A stretch of DNA of 54,992 nucleotides, from contig CAADYQ010000066.1 in NCBI GenBank assembly GCA_900753295.1, positions 1 through 54,992 of the forward strand, read 5' to 3'. Both the position numbers and the translations under genes were made by a program. Of the stretch, positions 8,069 through 16,252 are shown in pieces (position 1 is the stretch's first letter; every line of letters starts with the position of its first letter). The DNA comes from Clostridia bacterium. GTDB taxonomy: Bacteria; Bacillota; Clostridia; Oscillospirales; CAG-272. The notes under the pieces are model-generated. The model was given only the letters and a program-made list of their open reading frames with translations, was not told the DNA's origin and made no database searches.

Positions 8069-8312
8069 GTAACGGTTGTAACGTTTTTGACCCCATTTTC
8101 TATAATTCCCTACGCGTATAGGCGCTATGGCGGATAACGCCCATACACCCTTTATTACAGGTATTCAATAGAAAAAGTATGTTACAATGTTACAAAGTCC
8201 AAAAAGCCCTTGAAATACGGGCTTTTTCGCTGTAACGTCTGCTGTAACGTTTTTGTTACAGTGTTACACCGTTCTGCGCTTGTAACATCCAGTGTTACAG
8301 CAGAATGTTACA
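8069..8312. repeat. Iteron field: about 11 copies of TGTAAC/GTTACA in direct and inverted arrangement
   Basis: TGTAAC at 8077, 8231, 8243 and 8281. GTTACA at 8181, 8189, 8255, 8263, 8294 and 8307. Includes tandem ATGTTACA-ATGTTACA and palindromes CTGTAAC-N6-GTTACAG and TGTAACA-N5-TGTTACA. Confidence 0.7.
8201..8229. terminator. Bidirectional-looking hairpin inside the iteron field
   Basis: AAAAAGCCC-ttgaaatac-GGGCTTTTT, an A-tract/T-tract-flanked stem downstream of the VirE-like gene. Confidence 0.45.
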
Positions 8313-8318
8313 GCCTTT

Positions 8319-10727
8319 TCACGCCCGGACAAAGCCACGCTGCACGCTGTATGGGCCTACCCGGATGACCGTGCCGGACCGCTTCCAGCCGTCCAGCCGC
8401 GCCAGAATGGCGTTGATTTCCCGCGTGTCAGCGGGCTTCATTTCCCGGACATTCCCGTTGAACAGCTCACACCAAACTTCCACGGCGGCGATACGGTCAC
8501 GGTCCACAAGCTCAAGCTCCTGCCCATCCGGCGTCCGTGTAGCTCCGCACCAGTAATCCCGCCGCCTGTCGATGGGCCATTTCGCCCAGTCAACCGGCAC
8601 CTGCTTTTCAACGAATGCGGCAATAAGACCCTCACGGGCGGACACCTCGCGGTGCTCCTCCTGTTTGATCTTCGCCTCCTGCTCCACGTCACCGGAGAGA
8701 TACAGCGATTCACCGGCCTGCCAGCGAGCCTTTGCCTCCGCCCACAGTTGGTCGATAACATCGTCGGTCAGGTCGCGCCACACGGTTTTGGCGTGCGGCT
8801 GCTCGCCCACGTCCACGGGCCAGAAACGCCGGTTGCCGGTCGTGTCCTGAAGGAAGTCCGTCGTATTGGTGGAGCCGAAGAACACGCACTGCCGGGGCAG
8901 CTCCGAGACATGACGGCCATACGCCGCGCGGTAGCGGTCGGCACGCAGGGAGAGGAACTGCTTGATGCGGGCGACGTCAGTCTTGCGGAATGCGTCCAGC
9001 TCTGACACTTCCACCAGCCACACGCCCTGAAGCAGCTCTGATGCGTCCTTGCCCTCAAACGTCCGAATGGAATCATTGAACCAGCCTCGGGACATTTTAT
9101 CCAGCAGGGTACTTTTGCCGATGCCCTGCGGCCCCGCAAGGATGACCATGTTATCGTACTTGTAGCCGGGGATCATAGCGCGGGTAACGGCTGCGGTGAA
9201 GCTCTTGCGGCACACAGCACGGTTATAGGCGGTGTCCTTCGCGCCCAGATAGTCAATGAACAGCGTGTCCAGCCGAGGCACACCGTCCCATGTCAGACGC
9301 TCGATGTACTCGCGGACCTCGTTGAAGGCGTGCTGCGAGGCGTGAATGTCAAGGGCGCTGTCGATGTTGCCGCGCCCGGAGATGCCCCAGAAACGTTCCA
9401 TGTACCAGTACAGGCCGTTGCTGTCCGTATCAGACCACAGGCGGCGTTTGCCGTCCTTCTTCCACGGCAGCGGCCCCAGCACCTCGCCGCGCCCTGCGAA
9501 CTGATTGAGCGCGAACTTGCCCTTCAGGAGCGGATCGCCGTCAAGGATGATAAGCACATTGTCAATGGTGCTCTTGATCTTGCCGTCCTGCGTGCGCTGC
9601 AACTTTTCAGCCCATGCGGTGTCGTCCTCCGGCGTGGGATCGTTGCCCATGCCCTCGAACTCCCGCATAGCCTGTTCGTGCTGCTCGCGGTTGAGTGTGG
9701 CGCATACGGTCTTGTCAGCCAGTGCCAGATCGCACATAGCCTTGTAGGACGGGAGCTTTGCAATGGGCGTTTCCGGCGAAGCATTGTCGTCCTTGTCTCC
9801 GAACTTGTGTAGCCGGATCAGATCAAAGGCATTGACCAGCCGCCCACTGCACGGGTCCGTCGCATGGTGGCTGAACAGGAACTTGCCGTCGTCGTAGATG
9901 ATCGCGCCGCCCGTGGTGGAGCCGCCCAGATAGGTATAACGGTCAGGGTCGTTGTCCACGGCCTCATAGATGCCGGGCAGGTAGGCGTCCATAGCCGCCA
10001 GCACGTTATAGGTGCGGCAGAAGGCGCCCACAAGCCCCTGCTTTTCTTCAGGGTCGCCCTGCTTCATAGCCAGCTTCTGATAGCTGGTAGCACCGGGGAC
10101 CACCGGCCAGCTCGTCAGATCGTGCCAGTCGGCGTATGTACCCAGAAGGGCGTCTGCGGAGATCAGCGGTGCGTCTACGGCCTTGTAGACGAACTCACTG
10201 TCGCAGCAGCAGGAGGGCCAGTACATGAGCCGGACCGTCTCAAAGGTGGTCGGGTCGGCCATGCCGATGCCCACATGAGCGGCCACACGGCGCGCGCATG
10301 GCTCGTATTCGTCCGGGGTCATAGTCCGGTCAGTCGGGACGACAACGCGCAGACGCGGGCGCTCAGGCGTGTGCTTGCGGGTGCTGTAAATGCAGTAGCT
10401 GAAGCCCAGCTCGTCCATTTTGCCGATGATGGTTTCCGTCTGCCAGCCGGGAACATTATCAAAGTCAAGCGTGATGATGTCGCGCCCGGTCACGTTGTTT
10501 GCCTTGCGGCGCTGCCCCAGCAGAGAGCCACCCACAAAGCCGCCGACGTCCTTCAGATCGTCCTGCTGTGATTTCTTCAGATGCAGATAGTCTTGCAGGG
10601 TTTCAGCTCCACGGACCGGGGTAGACAGCCGTTTATAGAGTTCTTCGACGGTCAGCACCGTCTGTTTCCAGACCATATCGCGGCGGTTGTTACCTACGGA
10701 TATGGTGATTTGTCTGTCATAGTTCAT
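8319..10727 (-). CDS. VirE-family primase/helicase (N-terminal prim-pol-like region plus P-loop NTPase)
   Basis: ITLDFDN near the N-terminus. Walker A ILAGPQGIGKST, LVEVSELD (Walker B), FFGSTN. 802 aa. Lies in the replication module. Confidence 0.85.
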   Translation of the reverse strand: MNYDRQITISVGNNRRDMVWKQTVLTVEELYKRLSTPVRGAETLQDYLHLKKSQQDDLKDVGGFVGGSLLGQRRKANNVTGRDIITLDFDNVPGWQTETIIGKMDELGFSYCIYSTRKHTPERPRLRVVVPTDRTMTPDEYEPCARRVAAHVGIGMADPTTFETVRLMYWPSCCCDSEFVYKAVDAPLISADALLGTYADWHDLTSWPVVPGATSYQKLAMKQGDPEEKQGLVGAFCRTYNVLAAMDAYLPGIYEAVDNDPDRYTYLGGSTTGGAIIYDDGKFLFSHHATDPCSGRLVNAFDLIRLHKFGDKDDNASPETPIAKLPSYKAMCDLALADKTVCATLNREQHEQAMREFEGMGNDPTPEDDTAWAEKLQRTQDGKIKSTIDNVLIILDGDPLLKGKFALNQFAGRGEVLGPLPWKKDGKRRLWSDTDSNGLYWYMERFWGISGRGNIDSALDIHASQHAFNEVREYIERLTWDGVPRLDTLFIDYLGAKDTAYNRAVCRKSFTAAVTRAMIPGYKYDNMVILAGPQGIGKSTLLDKMSRGWFNDSIRTFEGKDASELLQGVWLVEVSELDAFRKTDVARIKQFLSLRADRYRAAYGRHVSELPRQCVFFGSTNTTDFLQDTTGNRRFWPVDVGEQPHAKTVWRDLTDDVIDQLWAEAKARWQAGESLYLSGDVEQEAKIKQEEHREVSAREGLIAAFVEKQVPVDWAKWPIDRRRDYWCGATRTPDGQELELVDRDRIAAVEVWCELFNGNVREMKPADTREINAILARLDGWKRSGTVIRVGPYSVQRGFVRA

Positions 10728-10806
10728 AATCAGGTACTCCTGTCCTCAGGATCACCCCCCCCGTCACCGGGGGAAGGCGTCGCCTCCTTGTGTAGCTCCG
10801 CACCGC

Positions 10807-11202
10807 TCATTCCCGCGCTTCTCCCGTGATCCGGTCAGACAGGCGGACAAGTTTTCCCGCACGGATGCGGTCCACCAGAGCGCGGTTGCGGAAAATGACC
10901 TTGAGCTGTTCCAGCATGATTTCCACGTCGGCGATCTCCTCGGCCAGTGCCTTAGCGTTATCCGCACCGCGAAGATTCTTCGACAGTTCCTTGGTCAGCT
11001 CGGACATTTCCTCCATAGCCATCACAAGCTGCGATTGCTTGCCGTAGGCCCTGACGGCCTCGGCGTAAGTGTCGCACTGGACGGGTGCCACAATCGCGCT
11101 CAGACGCTCCTGAAGCTCCTTGTTCTTGCACTCGCAGTAGCAGATTTTATCCCGTGCCTGCCTGAGTTCGGCTTCAAGCTCGGCCTTCGTCATATCACTC
11201 AT
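10807..11202 (-). CDS. MazG-like nucleoside-triphosphate pyrophosphohydrolase (small all-alpha type) with an N-terminal coiled-coil
   Basis: AMEEMSELTKEL ... LAEEIADVEIMLEQL resembles the EExxE...ExxD metal-binding helices of MazG-like phage proteins. Confidence 0.5.
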   Translation of the reverse strand: MSDMTKAELEAELRQARDKICYCECKNKELQERLSAIVAPVQCDTYAEAVRAYGKQSQLVMAMEEMSELTKELSKNLRGADNAKALAEEIADVEIMLEQLKVIFRNRALVDRIRAGKLVRLSDRITGEARE

Positions 11203-11408
11203 TTAAACACCCTCCCGGTCTTGACATCTTTGATTTCAATGCGGCTGACAAGCTCAAAGCCGCAGTTGCGGATGATGAATTTAAGAACCTTCACGAGGTC
11301 GCTCACGCGGCCATCCAGCGCGTTTTCTTCACGGACGATAGATTTCACGCCCTCATACGCTGTGGGGTCGTAGTAGCCCTCGCTGTTCCTCTTGGGGTAG
11401 TTTGCCAT
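11199..11408 (-). CDS. Hypothetical phage protein (69 aa)
   Basis: ATGA overlap with the downstream gene. Compact operon packing. No recognisable motif. Confidence 0.45.
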   Translation of the reverse strand: MANYPKRNSEGYYDPTAYEGVKSIVREENALDGRVSDLVKVLKFIIRNCGFELVSRIEIKDVKTGRVFK

Positions 11409-11417
11409 ACAGCCCTC

Positions 11418-11750
11418 CTAACAATCGACTTCGATCACAGCGGTCGGGAATTTGTCGCAGTTGTCCGCAATCTGCCTGAGAAATTCCGCTGTGGATTCCA
11501 CCGTGCCCCAGCAGTTGCCCGGCTCAAACTGCCGGTAGCGCTTCGGATGCAGACACAGCCGCGACGCGCCCTGCATGAGCACGGGGTACATATCGGCACA
11601 GCGTTTGCCGTTCCACTCAGAGGGATAGGAGCCGCACACCTCTTTAATCATGGCGGCGGTGTTGGACGTGTGGTTGATCCAGTCGTCACCGACGTACACC
11701 CACTGATCCGCACCTTCGAGCTTGGCCTTGAAGCTCACATCATAGCTCAC
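11418..11750 (-). CDS. Hypothetical phage protein (110 aa, Cys/Trp-rich)
   Basis: ORF in operon context just downstream of RtcB. No recognisable motif. Confidence 0.45.
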   Translation of the reverse strand: MSYDVSFKAKLEGADQWVYVGDDWINHTSNTAAMIKEVCGSYPSEWNGKRCADMYPVLMQGASRLCLHPKRYRQFEPGNCWGTVESTAEFLRQIADNCDKFPTAVIEVDC

Positions 11751-11768
11751 TGTGTAGCCGCCTCCTTC

Positions 11769-12933
11769 TCAATCACCGGCCTTGAAGTTGTACACGGGCT
11801 TGATAATCTGTAGCACAGTAACGGTGTCGGATGTGCAGCTCAAGATTTCGTCCATAGGCTTGTATGCCTGCGGTGCTTCATCCAGAGTGTTCCGGCAAAC
11901 AGAGGTCGTGTAGATGCCATCCATTGCAGCCCGGTAGTCCTCCATAGGAATTGACGCCCTTGCTTTGGCGCGGCTCATAAGGCGGCCCGCGCCGTGCGGT
12001 GCCGATTCATTCCAGTCTGAATTTCCAAGGCCCCGACCAATGATACAGCCGTCTTTCATGTTAATGGGTATCAACACGATCTTACCAGCGGCTGCACAGA
12101 TAGCCCCTTTACGGACCATACCCCCACTCGTCGATATAGTTGTGGACCGTTTCAAAGCGGTCAAACGGCAACCAGCCCATGCGCTGCATAATAACCTGAC
12201 TGATCCGGCTACGATTGAGCCGGGCAAACCGCTGGCAAATTCGCATATCGTGCAAATAGCGCTCCCGGTCCTCGCCCTCAACATAACAGAGGTCGCGCGG
12301 AATTGTGCTTTTGACTTTCAGTCGAGATAGCTTTTCGGAAATTTCGCTTTCCCGGCCTTCGGCTTTCAGGCGTTCGATCAAGGCCGCCCGCTCACCCTTT
12401 GCAGAGTGGAGCGTTTCAACGGCAATGCCCTGATAGATTTCTGCAACCTGCTTGCCTAAGTTCCGGCTGCCGGTGTGGATTATCAGATATTTGTTACCGT
12501 CCTCACCGGTGTCAATTTCGATAAAATGATTGCCGCCGCCCAGCGTACCAACGGAATTGTGCAACCGCTCCACGTTATGCAGGCGATCCCGGCAATGCAG
12601 GTCGTCGAGAAGGGTAAAATAACCGGCGTTCTGATGGACAGCCATCCCAGAGGGGATGTACTTACGGATCACGTCATCGAGCTTTGCATAGTCAATCTCA
12701 ATGGGGCCGAGGTTGACGGTCAGCATACCGCACCCAATATCAACACCGACGATATTCGGAATCACCTTGTCGCCTAAATTGGCGGTGAAGCCAATAACAC
12801 AGCCCGCGCCAGCGTGGACATCAGGCATAATGCGTGCTTTGCAATCCTCAAAGGGCTTTTGTGCAAGCAGCAGATCAATTTGGGCTTGTGCCTGTGGCTC
12901 AATAGTTTTTGCAAATATTTTCAGGTCTTTCAT
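11769..12933 (-). pseudogene. rtcB: RtcB-family RNA 3'-phosphate ligase, interrupted by a 1-nt frameshift in a G5 run (12121-12125)
   Basis: Two overlapping ORFs carry MPDVHAG, GVDIGCGM, GGGNHFIE, HTGSRNLG, HNYID // VRKGA, IPINMKDG, GNSDWNESAPHGAGR. Removing one G restores HNYIDEWGMVRKGA and a 387-aa ORF. Start at 12933 with a GAAGGAGG RBS. Confidence 0.85.
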
Positions 12934-13271
12934 TGTGTAACCGCCTCCTTCTTTTCGTCGTTCCAAGCCGCGACGTCAACGCCGATTTCTTGCAGCTTGC
13001 GGTCCGCAAGCCACACGCCATCGTCGGGCATTTCATAGTAGTTGACCAGATCATCGTGGATGACCGTAAATTGTTCCCACGCGCGCCGGAGCCGCTTTTT
13101 CCCGAAGCCGAGGTGTTTGTGCAGGAAATAAAGGATCATGGCGTCAACATTGTTCAGATATTTACGGTCGGCCTCCACGATTTGCCGGTTGATCTCAATG
13201 TTCATGGCGCGCCGCTCTTTGGCGGTCAGATCAGCGCCGTAGATCGTGCCCTTGTACTGCTTAACTCTCAT
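12930..13271 (-). CDS. Hypothetical phage protein (113 aa)
   Basis: Internal ATG at 13271 overlaps the stop of the upstream gene. The 46 codons upstream in the track ORF overlap that gene and are unlikely to be translated. Confidence 0.45.
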   Translation of the reverse strand: MRVKQYKGTIYGADLTAKERRAMNIEINRQIVEADRKYLNNVDAMILYFLHKHLGFGKKRLRRAWEQFTVIHDDLVNYYEMPDDGVWLADRKLQEIGVDVAAWNDEKKEAVTQ

Positions 13272-13584
13272 GGCGTCCGACCTCGGCGGGCGCAAACACA
13301 TCCGGGTTATCCACAATAACCGAATGGAGCGCGTTCGCCAGCTCGTCCACGCGCTTTTCGTCGTGGTCGCGGTAGCCGAGGCCGAAATAGATTGCATGGA
13401 CCATTTCATGGATGAAATCAGCTTCCATTTTGGCCGTGGCCTGCGGGCTGACGCGGATAATCAGGTCGTTGTAGAGGATTTCCGCCGATACGTTGTTGAT
13501 ACCGAGATCCATTTTGCTGGTGATCTCGACGGTGTAGGTCTTGCCGCCGATCTTGATCTTTTCAGGAATTTTCATTGAAGTCAC
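13261..13584 (-). CDS. Small HExxH-motif protein (107 aa)
   Basis: ADFIHEMVHAIYFGLG gives a zincin-like HEMVH motif. The fold is not assignable by eye. Confidence 0.45.
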   Translation of the reverse strand: MTSMKIPEKIKIGGKTYTVEITSKMDLGINNVSAEILYNDLIIRVSPQATAKMEADFIHEMVHAIYFGLGYRDHDEKRVDELANALHSVIVDNPDVFAPAEVGRHES

Positions 13585-13585
13585 C

Positions 13586-13885
13586 TCATTCTGTGGTTTT
13601 CCGATTGATCCGCGCCGCAGTTTTGCGGTATTTCTGCGGCAGCGGGAAAATCGTTATAAGGGTTTCGCCGTGGAAGATATAGACGTTGTTGCAGTAGATA
13701 CGGACATTGTTTGCCGTCTCGTGCTTCCAGTACAGCGCCGATATGTACCGGTTCAGGCTGCCGCTGGTGTCGCTGTGCCGGATGCCGTACCGCAGCGCAT
13801 TTTCAGCGTTCTTGTGGGAGAGCTTCTTTGGCAGGCCGAGACGTTCCTTTGTTCTTCGCGCTGCGTGGTTGGTAACGCGGGTCAT
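13586..13885 (-). CDS. Hypothetical phage protein (99 aa, basic)
   Basis: ATG at 13885 forms an ATGA overlap with the upstream membrane mini-protein. Starts MTRVTNHAARRTKERLGLPKK. Confidence 0.4.
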   Translation of the reverse strand: MTRVTNHAARRTKERLGLPKKLSHKNAENALRYGIRHSDTSGSLNRYISALYWKHETANNVRIYCNNVYIFHGETLITIFPLPQKYRKTAARINRKTTE

Positions 13886-14073
13886 TTCCGCAAGAGGGCC
13901 ACAAAGACAGCGATAACGCCGATCAATGCGACCACTGCGACGCTGATCCAGAGCGGAGACAGCACCCACCACCACGACCAAGCAATAACGTGTGTCAGCT
14001 TGAGCGTGATAAACACGATGGTCAGCAGGCCGACGAAGCCGATTCCGCCGCCACCGCTGCTTTTCTCATTCAT
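13882..14073 (-). CDS. Small membrane protein (two TM helices, Trp-rich)
   Basis: MNEKSSGGGGIGFVGLLTIVFITLKL...WSWWWVLSPLWISVAVVALIGVIAVFVALL. GAGGAGGA RBS 9-10 nt upstream of the ATG at 14073. Confidence 0.5.
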   Translation of the reverse strand: MNEKSSGGGGIGFVGLLTIVFITLKLTHVIAWSWWWVLSPLWISVAVVALIGVIAVFVALLRK

Positions 14074-14078
14074 ATATT

Positions 14079-14354
14079 TCATTCCTCCTCGCAAATGCGG
14101 ATCAGGTTGTGAATGCCTCTCTGTGTGTAGCCGAGGATTTTACCGGTGCCTGCCCAGAACTGAACCAGCGCGTCGTCGGATTTACGGCGGCAGTGGAAAT
14201 GGCCTGTGGCGTCGTTCTTCAGGACATATTCGATGTTGTGGGCTTCAAGCTGCCGGATCGCGTACTCGATGCGGTCGGGATTCTTTGCCACCCGCTCCCT
14301 GTGATTCTGCCGGGCGTGCTCCTTGAGAGCATCCCAGCATTCATCCCTCGCCAT
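14079..14354 (-). CDS. Hypothetical phage protein (91 aa)
   Basis: Operon packing. Start taken at MARDECW. No motif recognised. Confidence 0.4.
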   Translation of the reverse strand: MARDECWDALKEHARQNHRERVAKNPDRIEYAIRQLEAHNIEYVLKNDATGHFHCRRKSDDALVQFWAGTGKILGYTQRGIHNLIRICEEE

Positions 14355-14556
14355 GCGGATCACCTCCCAAGTCGAAGTGCTCAAAGGTGGCGACGCTTGT
14401 CATAGTCAGGAACAGGTCCGCGAAGAACTGAACGGCGGAATCGCGGTCAATGTTGTTGCGGTCGGCGGCTTCGAGGATTCCACGAATGGTCACGCTCGCC
14501 ACACGAGCCATTTCGGAAGTCCACGCTTCCGCCTCTTTTGCGGTCAGTGCATTCAT
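14341..14556 (-). CDS. Hypothetical phage protein (71 aa)
   Basis: ATGA overlap with the upstream gene. No motif recognised. Confidence 0.4.
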   Translation of the reverse strand: MNALTAKEAEAWTSEMARVASVTIRGILEAADRNNIDRDSAVQFFADLFLTMTSVATFEHFDLGGDPHGEG

Positions 14557-14912
14557 CTTGACGCCTCCTTTAAGCAGGTAGGGCAGACCTGCCGCCCCTC
14601 AGGGATTTCAGCCCCGCAGGAAATACAAGTGTTGACAGGCGGGACCTTCGGCGTCTCCGTGGCGATCTCACCGGCGCAGGCGGCGTAACCGGCCAAGTCA
14701 ACGAAGCTGTCACCCTTGACGCCGGTCTTGATGCGAGCCACTTTCAGGAGCGCCAACATCATAGCAACGTCTTTCGCGCTGTAGCGCATTCCGGTGTACG
14801 CCTCCCACAGCTTGCCAATAAGGGCGAAGTTGTTTTCGGGCCTGCCGTATTCGCGCTCACGCTCTCCGCAGACGCATTTACGCGCCTGTTCCAGAATCTC
14901 AGCTCGTTTCAT
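14553..14912 (-). CDS. Conserved phage protein (DUF6378-like N-domain) with a C-terminal CxxC...CxxC zinc ribbon
   Basis: REYGRPENNFALIGKLWEAY...DVAMMLALLKVARIKTG...DSFVDLAGYAA, then CISCGAEIPEGRQVCPTC. Confidence 0.5.
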   Translation of the reverse strand: MKRAEILEQARKCVCGEREREYGRPENNFALIGKLWEAYTGMRYSAKDVAMMLALLKVARIKTGVKGDSFVDLAGYAACAGEIATETPKVPPVNTCISCGAEIPEGRQVCPTCLKEASR

Positions 14913-15002
14913 TGTTCATCCTCCAAGCAGACGCGCCCGCACTCCTCAAGGCGCTTCAGGATCACGCCGCCATTGATAGGCGTGATGAACTCAAAGCCGG
15001 GC

Positions 15003-15314
15003 TTAATAATCTTCATCGTCGTCCTCCGTTTCCCCGTCTTCGGTTGCGGCCTCGTACTGGTCGTATGTAATGGCTCTGACGCACTCGACGGGAACGCCGA
15101 GCAGATCAGCGGTGTTCTTGCGCTGGGCGTAAAGGAAGCCTTCGCACTGAACCGAATTGTTGATGATGCCCACAAGCTGGTCGGGGGCTTTCGCGTGCTT
15201 CAGCGCAACGCTTGTGTAGCCGACACTCCCAGCGCCGCCGAATACTTCAGCGTCCTTGACCTCGAAATGGCAGGTCAACGTAATGTCAACCAAACCGATG
15301 TTAGCGTTTTGCAT
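15003..15314 (-). CDS. Hypothetical phage protein (103 aa, acidic tail)
   Basis: Start taken at the internal ATG (MQNANIGLVD). The ORF-track N-terminal extension overlaps the upstream gene. Confidence 0.4.
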   Translation of the reverse strand: MQNANIGLVDITLTCHFEVKDAEVFGGAGSVGYTSVALKHAKAPDQLVGIINNSVQCEGFLYAQRKNTADLLGVPVECVRAITYDQYEAATEDGETEDDDEDY

Positions 15315-15537
15315 AGGATTTCCCTCCGTTATTGATGTGTTCCTCATAGCTGTAGCGGATGCAGTAAAGCGCCACATAGAGGATGACAAGCAGATAACCG
15401 GCATACAGGAACAGCCAGTACCACGAATAGAACATGGACAGGACCACAGGGACGGCCAGAGTGCCGATTACTGCACCGGCGATAAAAAGGATCAGAGCCA
15501 CCACAGCGGCGGTTTTAATCAGCTTTTCGCATTTCAT
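15301..15537 (-). CDS. Small membrane protein (two TM helices)
   Basis: KTAAVVALILFIAGAVIGTLAVPVVL and WYWLFLYAGYLLVILYVALY are hydrophobic spans. Confidence 0.5.
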   Translation of the reverse strand: MKCEKLIKTAAVVALILFIAGAVIGTLAVPVVLSMFYSWYWLFLYAGYLLVILYVALYCIRYSYEEHINNGGKSYAKR

Positions 15538-15614
15538 AATGAGTTGCCTCCGTAGATTTTGTGTTATTGTATTTTGGGTGGCCCCACGACCGGGGGCCGG
15601 ATTTCAAAGGGAAA

Positions 15615-16238
15615 TCAGATTAAACAGAAGCCGAACGCCACCCCGTAGGAGTAGGACGCGTTGAAGTTGTAGCTGTGACCGACGCCGCTCACAAAGGCGA
15701 AAGACGACGAGCCGGACGCCTCAGGCGACCGCAGCCACCACCACCATGTTCCATTGTCGCCGCACTCCTTCACGCGGTCCTTCTCGCGGAGGAAGCACAG
15801 AAGCTGCGTGTCCTCCGGCTCACGATCCGACCAGCGGCCCTTGCCGAACACCTGCGTCTTGGAGAGCAGGAACAGCTTGTCTTCGGTTTCTACGCGCTCA
15901 CCGTCCACGATCTGGACGATTGTCGTCGGCGCAATAAGCGCCTGAAGCTCGTCCGGCAGAAGGGCGAACACGGTATTGTTGAGATACTGCCGCATATCGC
16001 AGGCAGCCCACGCACCCTTGTTGGTGCCGCGCTTGTTCATGCAGTGCTCGTCGGCGAGGCAGTCTTCGAGGACGAGGAACCACTTGCCGTTCCTGTCCTG
16101 TGTAACTCTCACAGCCACCTCCTCGCCGTTCTTCAGATTGAAAACGATCAGATCACCCTGCGCGATGGTGCCGTTATCAACCGCAGCCTTCAGCGCAGCC
16201 CATGTGGTTTCGTTGGTAGTAGAAGTCTTGATAAACAT
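15615..16238 (-). CDS. DUF6273-like protein
   Basis: C-terminal WWWWLRSPEASGSS...GVAFGFCL resembles the (Y/W)WLRS...GV(R)P signature of that family. Weak by-eye call. Confidence 0.4.
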   Translation of the reverse strand: MFIKTSTTNETTWAALKAAVDNGTIAQGDLIVFNLKNGEEVAVRVTQDRNGKWFLVLEDCLADEHCMNKRGTNKGAWAACDMRQYLNNTVFALLPDELQALIAPTTIVQIVDGERVETEDKLFLLSKTQVFGKGRWSDREPEDTQLLCFLREKDRVKECGDNGTWWWWLRSPEASGSSSFAFVSGVGHSYNFNASYSYGVAFGFCLI

Positions 16239-16252
16239 AAAAGGTTACCTCC

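Noticed and set aside
8069-8312. Possible CRISPR array (also considered for 25628-25954)
   Set aside because: The hexamer iterons are far too short and irregularly spaced. The 165-bp repeats are directly tandem with a 3-nt joint and no unique spacers. There are no cas genes in the window.
10755-10762. C8 homopolymer in the spacer between the MazG-like gene and the VirE-like gene
   Set aside because: It is intergenic, so length change would not shift a reading frame. There is no evidence of phase variation from a single sequence. I noted it only as another site prone to indel error.
14909-15016. 35-aa ORF MKIIKPGFEFITPINGGVILKRLEECGRVCLEDEQ, reminiscent of the N-terminus of some FAD-dependent thymidylate synthase (ThyX)-like phage proteins
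   Set aside because: It is too short and my recollection of the family N-terminus is not firm. It could be a gene remnant or a genuine micro-ORF. I did not list it as a feature.
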